DNA of 64,000 nucleotides from Alphaproteobacteria bacterium (GCA_965225945.1 CBDDBZ010000025.1:1-64000); one strand, 5' to 3'. Shown: positions 1-12,702, counted from the stretch's first letter. The notes: a model not told the origin generated them from the letters alone. Program-made: numbers and translations.

Positions 1-27
1 GGGCCGCGTGACTGGACGACGTATTTC

Positions 28-119
28 TGTTGACCGGCGTCGAATGTTGACCCCTCATAGTCACACAATATCAACATATTAGCGCGCCTATCGGCGTCGA
101 ATCGGCGCGCCGATCAACA
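28..119. mobile_element. 92-bp IS21-like MITE, copy A1
   Basis: TGT...ACA ends with imperfect terminal IR (TGTTGACCGGCG / CGCCGATCAACA); near-identical reverse complement at 6567-6658. Confidence 0.85.
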
Positions 120-385
120 GGCAGGGGGCGGATGAGGCCGCCGGGCAGGCGTCCCAGGAGCTCCACCGAGAGCCAGGCGAGCCAAGGGCCGCCGGCCAGT
201 CGAGGTCGATCCATGGGTAGCGCGCGAGGTCTTGCGGCGCCACCTTGGCGTCGAACGGCGGATGATCGTGCCAAGCGACGATGCCGGCGGTCAGGTCGAG
301 GAAGCGTTCGCGCCGGAGAAGCACCGTCGGGGGCTCATCGGCGTCGATGCCGCCGCGATGCAGGTCGCAGTCTCCGTCGGTGATC
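120..385 (-). pseudogene. LysR-type regulator, substrate-binding-domain fragment
   Basis: Translation ...DGDCDLHRGGID...DHP...DLARYPWID resembles a LysR C-terminal domain; no HTH; cut by the MITE. Confidence 0.5.
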
Positions 386-735
386 CACGGGACGATTCGC
401 GATGTTGCGGACAGGTTGTATATCTACCGTCCCCTTTTCGGGGGCGCCGAGTTTTTGCGGCGGGGTACGGTCGAGGGAAGGTCGGGGAAGAGTGTTGCTC
501 GTGACCGAAGATTGCATCACGGCGCACCGCAAGATCGACCTTGCTCACCTGAAATCCAATCTCAGGAACAGCGGGCTCCTCCCCGAGGTGCGGGCCGGGC
601 TGGACCGTCGGCTTGGGGGCGGCTGGGTGACAGCATCGGCGCGGATCTTCCGGGCGGCAAAGCCGGTAACGGCGCCGATCGGTCGAGACTGCTATAACGC
701 CGTCGCATTCCAACCATCCAAGGGAGCAGGTTCAC

Positions 736-1008
736 ATGTCCCCAACCCAGATCGACGAGAACGCACTCACCAAGGGGCAGCGCCGCAAGCTCACCGCGCT
801 GCGCAAGTCTGTCGGCACGGAGATCGGCGAGCAGGCATTCGCCGCATGGCTTGCATCGCAGCCGGCGGCGGCGGCGGACGCGAACGCGGCCCTGATCGTC
901 GACACGCTCTGGCCGCTCGTGCAGCAAGGCGCGCTTGCGATCCCGCGGGGCGGCTATCTGCTCAGACGCGGCCGCGGGCGGATCGTCGTCGAGCCGGCGC
1001 AGCCATAA
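736..1008 (+). CDS. Small basic hypothetical protein (90 aa), paralogue of 12703-13683
   Basis: RBS AGGGAG upstream; shares IDE..LTKG..RKL.ALRKSVG.E..E..FA.WL and GY.LRR with the 13683 ORF. Confidence 0.8.
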   Translation: MSPTQIDENALTKGQRRKLTALRKSVGTEIGEQAFAAWLASQPAAAADANAALIVDTLWPLVQQGALAIPRGGYLLRRGRGRIVVEPAQP

Positions 1009-1018
1009 GGTAGGTCGA

Positions 1019-2962
<1,944 letters not shown>

Positions 2963-2993
2963 AGGCGCCGCGCGCACGGAGGAGGTCACCGGA

Positions 2994-4868
2994 TCAGGTG
3001 CGCGCCCGCGCGCCCGACGCCTGGGCGACGAGATCGTCGGGGATGTCGTCGAACGAGGCGTAGTTGAACGCGTACAGCCTGGCATAGAGGCCCTGGGCCT
3101 CGATCAGCGCCTCGTGGTTGCCGCTCTCGACGATCCGGCCCTCGTTGAGGACGACGATGCGGTCGGCGCCGCGCACGGTGGCGAGGCGGTGGGCGATCAC
3201 GATGCCGGTGCGCCCCTCCAGCAGGCGTGCCAGCGCGATCTGGATCTGGCGCTCGGTGTAGGAATCGATATTCGCGGTCGCTTCGTCGAGGATCAGGATC
3301 GGCGTGTCGGCGACCAGCGCGCGGGCGAAGCTCAGCAACTGCCGCTGGCCGAGCGAGAGGTTGCGCCCCTGCTGGTCGAGGACGGTGTCGTAGCCGTCGG
3401 CGAGCTGGACGATGAAATCATGCGCGCCGACCGCGCGGGCCGCGCGCCCGATGTCCTCGCGGGTCGCCTTGTCGGTGGAGAAGCGGATGTTGTCGAGCAC
3501 CGTGCCGGTGAACAGATAGGGGTCCTGGAGGACCATCGCGATGTGCCGCCCGAGCGCCGCCTTGGCGTATTCCCGGACGTCGTGCCCGTCGATCGAGATA
3601 CGTCCTTCCCAGACATCGTAGAACCGGTGGAGGAGGGCGGTGATGCTGGTCTTGCCGGAGCCCGTCGGACCCACCAGCGCCACCGTCTCGCCCGGCGCCA
3701 CCGAAAAGCTCACCTCGTGCAGCACCGGCTGGCCGGGGGCGTAGCCGAATGTGACGCAATCGAAATCGATCGCGCCCCGCACCCGCTTGGGAAACAGCGC
3801 GTCCGGCTTGTCGGTGATCGCCAACGCCACGTCGAGCACCTCGAAGATGCGCTGCCCCGACGCCATCGCGCGCTGCATGATGCTGTACTGGATGGTGAGC
3901 GAGCGGATCGGGTCGAAGAAGCGCTGGACGTAGAACAGGAAGGCGACCATCACCCCGATTTCGAGCGCGCTGTCGAGCACCAGCGAGCCGCCCAGCACCA
4001 CCACGATGGCGAGCGCCGCCCCGGTCAGGGTGTCGACCACCGGCACCATCGCCTGGGCGTATCTGGCCGCGCGCAGATGGGCGTCGAGGTTCTCGCCCGC
4101 CTTGTCGCCGTAAAGCAGGAAATTGACGTCCTCGCGGCGCATGCCCTGGACGGTGCGCACCGCGTGGATCGCCTCGGCCAGCGCGCCGTTGGCGATCGAG
4201 TTGGTCTCGCGCGCGCGGCGGAAGGCGATCTTCGCCCGCGGCAGCCAGACGATGCGGACCACCGCCAGCGTCGGCACCAGCACCAGGGTGAGCAGCCCGA
4301 GCTCCAGGTTGAGCGTCAGCATGATGACAACGATGCCCACCAGCAGCAGCAGATCGCCGAAGGCGGTGACCGAGTTTTCGAGGAATTCCTGCAGCGAGTT
4401 CACGTCGCCCTGCAGGCGGGACATCATCCGCCCGACCTCGGTCTTGTCCATGAAGGAGAGCGACACCTCCTGGAGATGGGCGAACATGGCGCGGCGGAGA
4501 TCGAAGATCACCCGCTCGCCGATATGGCCGACCAGGCGGTCCTGGAGGTAGCTGGCGGCGTAGCTGACCAGGATGACGACGCCGAACACGGCGGCGGTGA
4601 GCTGCAGATGCACGACGTCGCCGCCATCGGCGAGGATCGCCTCGTCGATCGCGTGGCGGATGACCAGCGGGATCAGGAGCTGGGCCGCGGTATAGACCAG
4701 CACCGCCCCGAGCGCGATCAGGAGCCAGCGCGTATAGGGCCGGACATAGGCCATGAAGCGGCTCGCCACGCGGCGGTCGTAGGCGGCGCCGAATATCTCC
4801 TCGTCGCGGCTGATCTGCGAGCCGACGACGGCGCGTGGCGGCCGGGCCGATCCGACGGCGGCGCTCAT
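2994..4868 (-). CDS. ABC exporter, fused permease/ATPase
   Basis: TM region, Walker A GPTGSGKT, LSLGQRQ, ILILDEAT. Confidence 0.93.
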   Translation of the reverse strand: MSAAVGSARPPRAVVGSQISRDEEIFGAAYDRRVASRFMAYVRPYTRWLLIALGAVLVYTAAQLLIPLVIRHAIDEAILADGGDVVHLQLTAAVFGVVILVSYAASYLQDRLVGHIGERVIFDLRRAMFAHLQEVSLSFMDKTEVGRMMSRLQGDVNSLQEFLENSVTAFGDLLLLVGIVVIMLTLNLELGLLTLVLVPTLAVVRIVWLPRAKIAFRRARETNSIANGALAEAIHAVRTVQGMRREDVNFLLYGDKAGENLDAHLRAARYAQAMVPVVDTLTGAALAIVVVLGGSLVLDSALEIGVMVAFLFYVQRFFDPIRSLTIQYSIMQRAMASGQRIFEVLDVALAITDKPDALFPKRVRGAIDFDCVTFGYAPGQPVLHEVSFSVAPGETVALVGPTGSGKTSITALLHRFYDVWEGRISIDGHDVREYAKAALGRHIAMVLQDPYLFTGTVLDNIRFSTDKATREDIGRAARAVGAHDFIVQLADGYDTVLDQQGRNLSLGQRQLLSFARALVADTPILILDEATANIDSYTERQIQIALARLLEGRTGIVIAHRLATVRGADRIVVLNEGRIVESGNHEALIEAQGLYARLYAFNYASFDDIPDDLVAQASGARART

Positions 4869-6566
4869 TCCGCCGCCCCCTGCAATCCGCCGTCGAGGCT
4901 TTCGCGGGCCTGCAGGACAAAAATCCTGGCGTAGTTACCGCCCCGGGCGATCAGGGTCTCATGCGTGCCGCGCTCGATCACCCGCCCCGCTTCCAGCACC
5001 AGGATCTCGTCGGCGTCGCGGATCGCGGCGAGCCGGTGCGAGACGACGATCCGCGCCGTGTCCTCGGCGCGTTCCGCCAGCGCCTCGCGGATCTGGCTCT
5101 CGGTCGCCGCGTCGATCGCCGCCGTCGAGTCGTCGAACACCAGCACCGCCGGGTGGAGCAGCGCGGTCCGCGCGATCGCCACCCGCTGCTTCTGGCCGCC
5201 CGACAGCGACACGCCGCGCTCGCCGACCAGGGTCTCGTAGCCCTCGGCGAGGCGGCCGATGAAACCGTCGATCTGCGCCAGCCCGGCGGCGTCGCGGATC
5301 GGGGCTTCTTCGGTCCACGGATCGCCATAGGCGATGTTGTTGTCGATCGAGGCGGTGAACAGGAACGGGTCCTGCTGCACCACGCGGACGGCGCGGCGCA
5401 GGCTGTCGAGGGTGACGCCCCTTATGTCCTGCCCGTCGATGGCGATGCGCCCGCCGGTGACGTCGTAATAGCGGGGCAGCAGATGGGTGATGGTGGACTT
5501 GCCGCTGCCCGGCGGGCCGACGATGCCGAGCATCCGCCCGCGCCGGACCTCGAAGGAGACCCCGACGAGGGCGAGCGGGCCGTCCTCGTCATAGGCGAAG
5601 CTGACATTCTCGAAGCGCAGCGTGCCTTCGGTCACCGCGAGCTCGCGCGCGTCCGGGGCATCGCGGATCGTCGGCTCCAGATCGATCACCGCGAACAGCC
5701 GCGCGCCGCAGGACGTGCCCCGCGCGAAGGAATTCACCACCAGCCCGAGCGAGCGCACCGGGAGCTGCAATATGGTGATGAAGGTGAGGAACTCGGTCAG
5801 CGTCCCGAGCGTCATCGTGCCCGCGATCACCCGCTCGCCGCCGACCCAGAGCACCAGCCCCATGGAGACGAAATAGGCAAAGGTCATCTCCGTGGTCGAG
5901 GCGACGCGGACATTGATGCGCCGCGACGACAGAAGCAGCGCCTCGGCCGCCGCCTCGTCGTACTTGCCGAGCTCGAACGGCTCGGCGCCGAAGGCGCGGA
6001 CCACCCTTATGCCGGTCAGGTTCTCGTCCATGATGCGGCCGAGCACCGCCATCCGGTCCTGGAACAGGGTCCACAGATAGCGCAGCCGGAGCCGCGTCGT
6101 CGTCGACCGCCAGGCGATATAGGGGACGAAGCTCAGGCTCAAGAGCCCGAGGACCGTGTCGGTGGTGAGCAGCAGCGCCGCGCCGGCGCTGACCAGCACA
6201 ACCATCTGCACCGCGCGCAGCAGCCCCGCGTTGATCAGCGTGCGCACGCCTTCGAGGTCGAGCATGCCGCGGGTGATCAGCTCGCCGGTGTGGATCCGGT
6301 CGTGGAAGGAGAAGCCGAGGCGCTGGAGCTTCTGGTAGAAGGTGAGGCGGAGGTCGTGGGCGAGGCGGTGGCCGATCGCCTCGCCGCTATAGTTGTGGGC
6401 GAGGGTGAAGACCCCGCGCAGGATCGAGGCGCCGAGCAGCAGGAGCGCCGCGTGGTAGAGCGCCGCGCGTGCGGTCTCCGGCGTCGCCGCTTCGTCGTCG
6501 AGCAGGCTGAGCGCGCCGTCCACCGCATCGCCGACCAGGCCGGGGATCGCGAGCTGGAAGGCCGAC
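4865..6566 (-). pseudogene. Partner ABC exporter permease/ATPase, 5'-truncated by MITE
   Basis: GPPGSGKS, LSGGQKQR, LVFDDS; frame runs upstream into the MITE at 6567 with no native start. Confidence 0.8.
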
Positions 6567-6658
6567 TGTTGATCGGCGCGCCGATTCGACGCCGATCGGC
6601 GCGCTAATGAGTTGATATTGCGTGACTATGAGGGGTCAACATTCGACGCCGGTCAACA
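6567..6658. mobile_element. 92-bp IS21-like MITE, copy A2 (inverted relative to A1)
   Basis: Reverse complement of 28-119 with a few substitutions. Confidence 0.85.
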
Positions 6659-6829
6659 GGGCGCCTTGCAATGGCTCGCCGAAACCGTGCAAACCCTCCC
6701 GCCGCCGGACGAAAAACGGCCCTGAACGGAAAAACACCCTGTATTTTTGTCGCTTCCCGAAAATTTCTATAACTGTTTGTTTACAATAGATAATCAGACT
6801 CCACACTATTCTTCGGTGAGAAATCCGGG
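6659..6829 (+). mobile_element. IS1380-like end remnant
   Basis: Ends in GGTGAGAAATCCGGG, the reverse complement of the CCCGGA.WTCTCAC ends at 6981 and 7557. Confidence 0.5.
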
Positions 6830-6980
6830 TCTGCCGTCCCTGCGGCGCCGGCAGGGCGATCAGGCCGTCCCTGTGCATGGCCAGCATGGCGACCCTGGCC
6901 ATCATGTCCTTGAGGCCGCCGTCGGGCTTGAACCAGCCGATGCGCCGGCAGAACTCCTTCGACAGCATATGGCGGTTCAA
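6830..6980 (-). pseudogene. Fragment resembling the N-terminus of DUF4338 (DruA-like) proteins
   Basis: NRHMLSKEFCRRIGWFKPDGGLKDMMARVAMLAMHRDGLIALPAP, recognised from memory; cut on both sides by IS ends. Confidence 0.5.
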
Positions 6981-7556
6981 CCCGGATATCTCACGAGGCC
7001 ATTTTTATCGTTGGATTTACGATCTATTGGGCGGATCTGAGTGGCGGTGTGTCGAGGTTGTGTTTTCTGTTGGTCCAAAGTGGGCAGGGCCGCGTAGCTG
7101 GGTTCGGAAATGGATTGGCTTCGTAGCTTTTGGGTATGAGGGAAGTTTCGCCTGCTGGGACGTCTTGGCCTTTTTCGGTTGTCGCAGAAGGGTTGGGACT
7201 ATGGGGGTGCCAGAGCGGCGTGAGCCTTGAAGAACAGGGTTTTGCTGGGACAGGCGTCGGGCAGGGAGAGCTTGATGCGCCGCACGGAGTTGACGCCCCT
7301 GGCGCCGATCTTGAGCAGCTTGAGACGGATGGTCGAGGGAACGGCGTTGGCCAGGGCGGTATTTTTCAAGGCGACGCGGCGGATGCCGTCGATGAGGACA
7401 TAGGCGAAGGCGGCGAAGATCAGGCGCACCTGGTTGGCCTTGTAGGCGTGCGCGCTCATGCGGTCGGCGAACAGATCGAGTTGGCAGTCCTTGATACGGT
7501 TTTCCATGTCGCCGCGCGGGCAATAGATGTCCTCGTAGAGTTCCCCGGGCGGTAGA
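6981..7556 (-). mobile_element. IS1380-family 3' remnant (transposase C-terminus 7199-7556 plus right end)
   Basis: YCPRGDMENRIKDCQLDLFADRMS...ANQVRL...TIRLKLLKIGA; end CCCGGATATCTCAC at 6981. Confidence 0.85.
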
Positions 7557-7897
7557 CCCGGACTTCTCACGAGGCGTTTTGAGGCGCTGCATTTGAGAGT
7601 GATCGGGCTGATTTGAGTGTCGGCGTGGTTGGTCGGGCTTTGAGATGGATATTCTGGCCGGGATAGTTGGGCAGGCTTTGCGTATGATTGGTTATTTGGT
7701 GGGTTTCGGGCATGCGGGAGTCATCGCCGCCGTAGCGTTGCCCCCTTTTCCCTGTTGTGGTGGAGAGTTGCGATCATGGGGGCGCCAGGGCGGCGTGGGC
7801 CTTGAAGAAGAGGTCTTTGTAAGGGCAGGCATCGGGCAGGGAGAGCTTGATGCGTCGCACGGAGTTGATGACTTTGGCGCCGACCTTCAGAAGTTTC
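7557..7897 (-). mobile_element. Second IS1380-family 3' remnant
   Basis: End CCCGGACTTCTCAC at 7557; KLLKVGAKVINSVRRIKLSLPDACP...AHAALAPP paralogous to the adjacent remnant; cut by IS3. Confidence 0.8.
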
Positions 7898-7932
7898 TGT
7901 ATCGCACCCGGTTCCTTGGACACAAGTTTGTC

Positions 7933-8844
7933 TCATGCGGCGGGCCTGAGTGACATCGCGGTGTGCCACGCCTGACGAGCTTGAGCGGGGCTCAGGTAGC
8001 CGTTCTTCTCCACGATCCACTGGGCATTGTACTGTTCGACGAACCCGCGGACGGCGTTCCGCAGCTCCGCGATGTTGCGGTAGATGCGGCCATGGATGAT
8101 CTGTTCCTTGAGCGTGCGATTGAACCTCTCGGCGACGCCGTTGGTCTGGGGCTGTTCGACGAAGGCGTAGGACGGCTGGATGCCCCAGAACTTGATCTGG
8201 TTGGTGAAGTGGTCCGACAGATACTGGGAGCCGTGATCCATCCGCAAGGCCAGCCCCCGCGCCGCACCGGCGGAGGTCGAGGCATACAGCCTCGCAAGCC
8301 CCATGGAGATCGGCTGAAGGGCGGCGAAGCGGTCGCCTCGCTTGCACACATGCCAGCCGACGCACTCGGCGTTCCAATGCTCGATGGCGGTGAATATCCA
8401 GCCCCAGCCGTCGTCCACCGTGAACACCCGAACGCCGTCCGTGCCCCACATGAGGTTGGGGGCATGGGTGATGATCTCACCGACATGGGGATTTCCGCCA
8501 CGGCGGCGGCAGCGATGGGGCGAGAGCAGGTTGTTCTCGCGCATCACCCGGAGCACCCGCTTGCGGGAAACACGGATGCCACGACAGACCCGAAGCCGAG
8601 CCCAGACCTTGCGGTGTCCCTCGCCCTCCCAGGGGGATGCCTCCAGGTCGGCCTCGATGGCCACCAGCAGAGCCTCGTCCGAGATCGAGGGCTTCGGTCC
8701 CCGGCGCTTTGCTGGTGGGCGCTCAGCGGTGGCCTGCTGCCGGGATTTCATGGTGTAGAACGAGGAACGGGCAAAACCCCAGGCCGCACAGACCCGCTGG
8801 AGGCCGTAGGCCAAACCCGTGCCGGGAGAGGTGGCGGCACTCAT
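7933..8844 (-). CDS. IS3 transposase OrfB (rve integrase core)
   Basis: WGTDG, MDHGSQY, NGVAERFNRTLKE DDE motifs. Confidence 0.92.
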   Translation of the reverse strand: MSAATSPGTGLAYGLQRVCAAWGFARSSFYTMKSRQQATAERPPAKRRGPKPSISDEALLVAIEADLEASPWEGEGHRKVWARLRVCRGIRVSRKRVLRVMRENNLLSPHRCRRRGGNPHVGEIITHAPNLMWGTDGVRVFTVDDGWGWIFTAIEHWNAECVGWHVCKRGDRFAALQPISMGLARLYASTSAGAARGLALRMDHGSQYLSDHFTNQIKFWGIQPSYAFVEQPQTNGVAERFNRTLKEQIIHGRIYRNIAELRNAVRGFVEQYNAQWIVEKNGYLSPAQARQAWHTAMSLRPAA

Positions 8845-9251
8845 CGCCGCGACCTCCGCCGCCCCAAAGGGCCGGACGTCTCCGTCTTGGCCTCCAGCAG
8901 TTCCACCTGCATGATCAACTCCCCGATCCGCTTCATGGCGATGTCCAGTTCCGCCTTTACCGGATCGCCCTTGCGTTCCTTGAGCGAGGCATCGATCCCG
9001 GCGATCGCCTTCTCACGCCACTGCTCGAGCCGGAAAATCTCCACGCCCAACTGCCGCGACAAAAGTTCCACCGGCTCGCCACGCAAAAGCCGCAGGGCAA
9101 CCTCACGCTTGCGCGTCACCGTCCACCGCTGGCCAAGTCCCAGCGGGCCTGCCGGCGAAACCTGGCCCGGGGAAAACGTGGACGAGCCAAGCTCGCCCTC
9201 GTTTACCACAGGCCCATCAACAGCAACTTTGTTTTCAAAATTGTCGGTCAT
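8841..9251 (-). CDS. IS3 OrfA (HTH)
   Basis: RKREVALRLLRGEPVELLSRQLGV helix-turn-helix; ATGA overlap with orfB. Confidence 0.8.
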   Translation of the reverse strand: MTDNFENKVAVDGPVVNEGELGSSTFSPGQVSPAGPLGLGQRWTVTRKREVALRLLRGEPVELLSRQLGVEIFRLEQWREKAIAGIDASLKERKGDPVKAELDIAMKRIGELIMQVELLEAKTETSGPLGRRRSRR

Positions 9252-9571
9252 GTTCCGGTCCTCCTTGGACACTTCGATTAAGCCAATTCTGTGTCCAAGG
9301 AAATCGGGTCCGACACACCGCCAGCATCGCGGAGGATTTCCTGACGGGCGGTTCGGCAACGGCGAAGCTGGCGGGGCGGCAGGGTACGGACAGTCCAGGG
9401 TGACGAGCTATCGCGGAACTGCCGGAACGGCAAAACGACGGTAAGCCTGTTCATTGTCGCCGGGACAACGCCGGGTGACATTGTCAGACGCCGGAAAGCC
9501 GGGAATCATCGACTTTAGCGAATTTGTCCGATGGCCGGTGGCCGAATGGCCGGTTACCGGGAAAGCAAGTC

Positions 9572-9730
9572 GTGAGCGAATACCGGTACTATGAGGTCCA
9601 GGCGATAGACCGCCCGCTTGGCGAGGCGGACATGGAGGCGCTGCGGACATTGTCGACGCGGGCGCGAATCACGGCCACGAGCTTCACCAATCACTACAAA
9701 TGGGGCGACTTCCAGGGCGCCCCGAATCGG
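9572..9730 (+). pseudogene. N-terminal fragment of a conserved hypothetical protein
   Basis: SEYRYYEVQAIDRPL...LSTRARITATSFTNHYKWGDF resembles a recurrent island protein N-terminus; resemblance ends after about 50 codons. Confidence 0.5.
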
Positions 9731-9817
9731 CTCATCGGCCGCTCCCGGCTCGACCCCTTCCGGCGCGGCTGCGACCTCGCGGAAGTCGTCGAATTGGGCG
9801 AGTACCTGGTCCTCGAC

Positions 9818-9909
9818 TGTTATTCGGCGCGGAAATTTGACCCCCAAGAATCAAGGAATCTCAACAGGTTGGCGCGCCGATCAGCTTCGACCCTGCGTGC
9901 CGAATAACA
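9818..9909. mobile_element. 92-bp IS21-like MITE, divergent type B
   Basis: Perfect 11-bp IR TGTTATTCGGC / GCCGAATAACA; shares TTGACCCC and GCGCGCCGATC with type A. Confidence 0.8.
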
Positions 9910-9975
9910 GATTAGTGGCCGGAAGAGAGAGCAAGCCTGCTGCCTTCATCACCGATATCCGCTTCGCCGAGCCAT

Positions 9976-12150
9976 TCATCCAGTTTCGACCAGCGGCGGC
10001 GCCCCGAAACGTTGCGCACGGCGATGGCCACGGCCTTTTTTTTGTCCGACCAGCACGACCAGCCGCTTGCCGCGCGTCACACCGGTGTAGAGCAGGTTCC
10101 GCTGGAGCATCGCGTAGTGCTGCGTCAGGAGGGGAATGACGACGGCGGGATACTCCGAGCCCTGGCTCTTGTGAATCGTCGCGGCGTATGCCGGAACCAG
10201 GGTGTCGAGTTCGCCGAAACCATAGGTGAGCACGCGCCCGTCGAAACGCGCGGTCAGCTCGTCTTCATCGGGATCGACATCGTCGACATAGCCGATGTCG
10301 CCGTTATAGACCTCCTTGTCGTAGTCGTTTTCGATCTGCATCACCTTGTCGCCGGGCGCGAAGGTCCAACCGAAGCGCTCGACCTTGCGCTCGCCGGCGG
10401 GATTGAGGGCGGCTTGCAACTCGATGTTGAGTGAGCGGGCGCCGACGCCGCCGCGGTTCATCGGGCACAGCACCTGGATGTCGCGCACCGGGTCGAGCCC
10501 GAAGCGCTTCGGGATGCGCGTCTTCACCAACTCGATGATCATGGGGACCGCGGTTTCCGGATCGTCCGCCCGCACGAAGTAGAAGTCGCTGTCGCCCTCG
10601 GGCTTGGAAAGATTGGGAATGGCGCCCCGGTTGATCCCGTGCGCGCTGGTGACGATCCGGCTTCGCGCCGCCTGGCGGAATACCTCGGTCAGCCGCACGA
10701 CGGGAACCGCGCCGGAGGCAATGATATCGGCCAGCACCTGGCCCGGACCGACCGACGGTAGTTGGTCGATGTCGCCGACGATCAACAGAGCAGCTTCGTC
10801 GGGGACCGCCATCAGCAATGCCCGCATCAGCATGACATCCACCATCGAGGTCTCGTCGACGACCAGAAGCCCGCAGTCGAGCGGATTGTCGGCGTTGCGC
10901 TTGAACCCCCCGCCCCTGGGATCGACCTCAAGCAGCCGGTGGATCGTCATGGCCGCGAACCCGGTGGCCTCCGTCATCCGTTTGGCGGCGCGGCCGGTCG
11001 GCGCGCAGAGCAGCAGGGTCACGCCCTTGGCGTCCAGGATGCGCAGGATGGCGTTGACGATGGTCGTCTTGCCCACGCCCGGACCGCCGGTGATGACCAT
11101 GGCCTTGGAGTTCAGGGCCCGGCGAACCGCATCGGCCTGGCTTTCCGCAAGCGACAGGCCGGTCTTGCCCTCGACCCAGGGCAACGCCCTGCCGGCATCG
11201 ATGTTCGGCCAGGGCAGCCTGCCGCCCGCGATCTTCTGAAACCGTTCGCCAATCGCCCGTTCGGCCCGGTACAGGCCACCAAGAAAAATACAGGGGGTTC
11301 CGGCAACCGTGTCCGCAACGACCGTTCCCTCGGTCAGTTCGAAGTCCAGAGCGGTTTGAACCAACTCCTTCGGGACTTCCAGCAATTCGACGGCGAGCGG
11401 CGCAAGCTCTGCGGCGGGAAGGCCGCAATGGCCGTCGTCCATCGCCTCGGTCAGCGCATGGGAAATCCCCGCGCGAACCCGGATCATGGCCGTCTTTTCG
11501 ATGCCGAGTTTCATGGCGATCGCGTCCGCGGTCTTGAACCCGATGCCGCGAATGTCGCGGGCAAGGCGGTACGGGTTCTCGGTCATGACCTGAACGGCAT
11601 CCACGCCGTAGGTCTTGTAGATCCGCACCGCGCGCGCCGTGCCGACGCCATGGCTGTGCAGGAACACCATGACCTCCCGGATGACCTTCTGCCCGGCCCA
11701 GGCGTCGGTGATGCGTTTGGCGCGAACCCGGCCGATGCCGGTTACCTCGCGCAGCCGTTCCGGCTCCGCCTCGATGATGTCGAACACCTTCTCACCGAAC
11801 GCCCTGACCATCTTCCCGGCATAGACCGGCCCGATGCCGCGGATCATGCCGGAGCCGAGGTATTTCTCGATACCCTCGATCGACGAGGGCTCCGAGGTGC
11901 GCATGAAGCGCGCCTTGAACTGCTGACCATGAGTGCGGTCGTTGATCCATTCCCCCGATGCGGTTATCCACTCCCCGGCCGAGACCATGGCGGCGTGGCC
12001 GACGACCGTCACGAGATCGCGATGGCCGCGTGCCTTGATGCGCAGAACGCAAAACCCGTTATCGGCATTGTGGAACGTCACTCGCTCGACGAGGCCAGCC
12101 AGAACCTCCCGGTTCGGCGCTTCCGGTTGCCGCACAGCCGTCCCGCTCAC
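9976..12150 (-). CDS. recD2: ATP-dependent RecD2-like DNA helicase
   Basis: LAGLVERVTFHN N-terminus, HhH region, GGPGVGKTT, VVDETSMVD, YAATIHKSQGSEY; apparent +1 slip in the T8 run at 10036-10043. Confidence 0.93.
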   Translation of the reverse strand: MSGTAVRQPEAPNREVLAGLVERVTFHNADNGFCVLRIKARGHRDLVTVVGHAAMVSAGEWITASGEWINDRTHGQQFKARFMRTSEPSSIEGIEKYLGSGMIRGIGPVYAGKMVRAFGEKVFDIIEAEPERLREVTGIGRVRAKRITDAWAGQKVIREVMVFLHSHGVGTARAVRIYKTYGVDAVQVMTENPYRLARDIRGIGFKTADAIAMKLGIEKTAMIRVRAGISHALTEAMDDGHCGLPAAELAPLAVELLEVPKELVQTALDFELTEGTVVADTVAGTPCIFLGGLYRAERAIGERFQKIAGGRLPWPNIDAGRALPWVEGKTGLSLAESQADAVRRALNSKAMVITGGPGVGKTTIVNAILRILDAKGVTLLLCAPTGRAAKRMTEATGFAAMTIHRLLEVDPRGGGFKRNADNPLDCGLLVVDETSMVDVMLMRALLMAVPDEAALLIVGDIDQLPSVGPGQVLADIIASGAVPVVRLTEVFRQAARSRIVTSAHGINRGAIPNLSKPEGDSDFYFVRADDPETAVPMIIELVKTRIPKRFGLDPVRDIQVLCPMNRGGVGARSLNIELQAALNPAGERKVERFGWTFAPGDKVMQIENDYDKEVYNGDIGYVDDVDPDEDELTARFDGRVLTYGFGELDTLVPAYAATIHKSQGSEYPAVVIPLLTQHYAMLQRNLLYTGVTRGKRLVVLVGQKKGRGHRRAQRFGAPPLVETG

Positions 12151-12581
12151 GACGTGCCGAGCAGATTGGCGGTCAACAACTCCTTGATCAGATCGAATTG
12201 CCGCGTCCGCTCCAAGGCCGCCGCCGGGTTTTCGAAGGGTGCCTCGTCGTCTTCCATGGCGGCCAGGTCGTTTTCGCGGCGCTCACGCTCTATGCGCGCG
12301 AGGTGCACCACGAGCTCTTGCGCCGTAAACATCTGCCTCACCCGAGAAACGAACCGGGGTAGTTCGCAGGCGAATTCGGGATGTTGGGCGGCGGCCTCGG
12401 CGAAGTTCAGAAGCTTCTCGGCAACCGCATAGTCAAAGGCCGCCTTGAGACCGTACCGCAGCTTGATAGTCTCAGCGGCAACGCACTGTTCCACCCAGAT
12501 CTGGTGCAAATTTCCGTTCGTCATCCGAGGCCCCCGCATTGGGTTACATTTCTTGTCGCACCTTTCTCCGGAAGGGCTCAC
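12147..12581 (-). CDS. Hypothetical protein coupled to recD2
   Basis: Stop overlaps the recD2 start; protein-like helical sequence; true start may be the MTNG Met. Confidence 0.7.
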   Translation of the reverse strand: MSPSGERCDKKCNPMRGPRMTNGNLHQIWVEQCVAAETIKLRYGLKAAFDYAVAEKLLNFAEAAAQHPEFACELPRFVSRVRQMFTAQELVVHLARIERERRENDLAAMEDDEAPFENPAAALERTRQFDLIKELLTANLLGTS

Positions 12582-12702
12582 AATTCCGATGCCGCCATCA
12601 TGAGTCCTGACGGCACTTCCCGTAGCCCTTGACCCGCCTTTCAGGCACTCTATCGCCAGTCCGTCTTACGCAGGTTCGTCGTACTTGCTGGTGCGGACCC
12701 GG

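Larger units (their letters stand above)
7898..9317 (-). mobile_element. IS3-family insertion sequence
   Basis: TG...CA imperfect IRs sharing TTCCTTGGACAC; orfA plus orfB; no target duplication seen. Confidence 0.9.

Noticed and set aside
6830-6980. Druantia defence system
   Set aside because: Only a short DUF4338-like fragment of about 50 codons; no DruE helicase or other components
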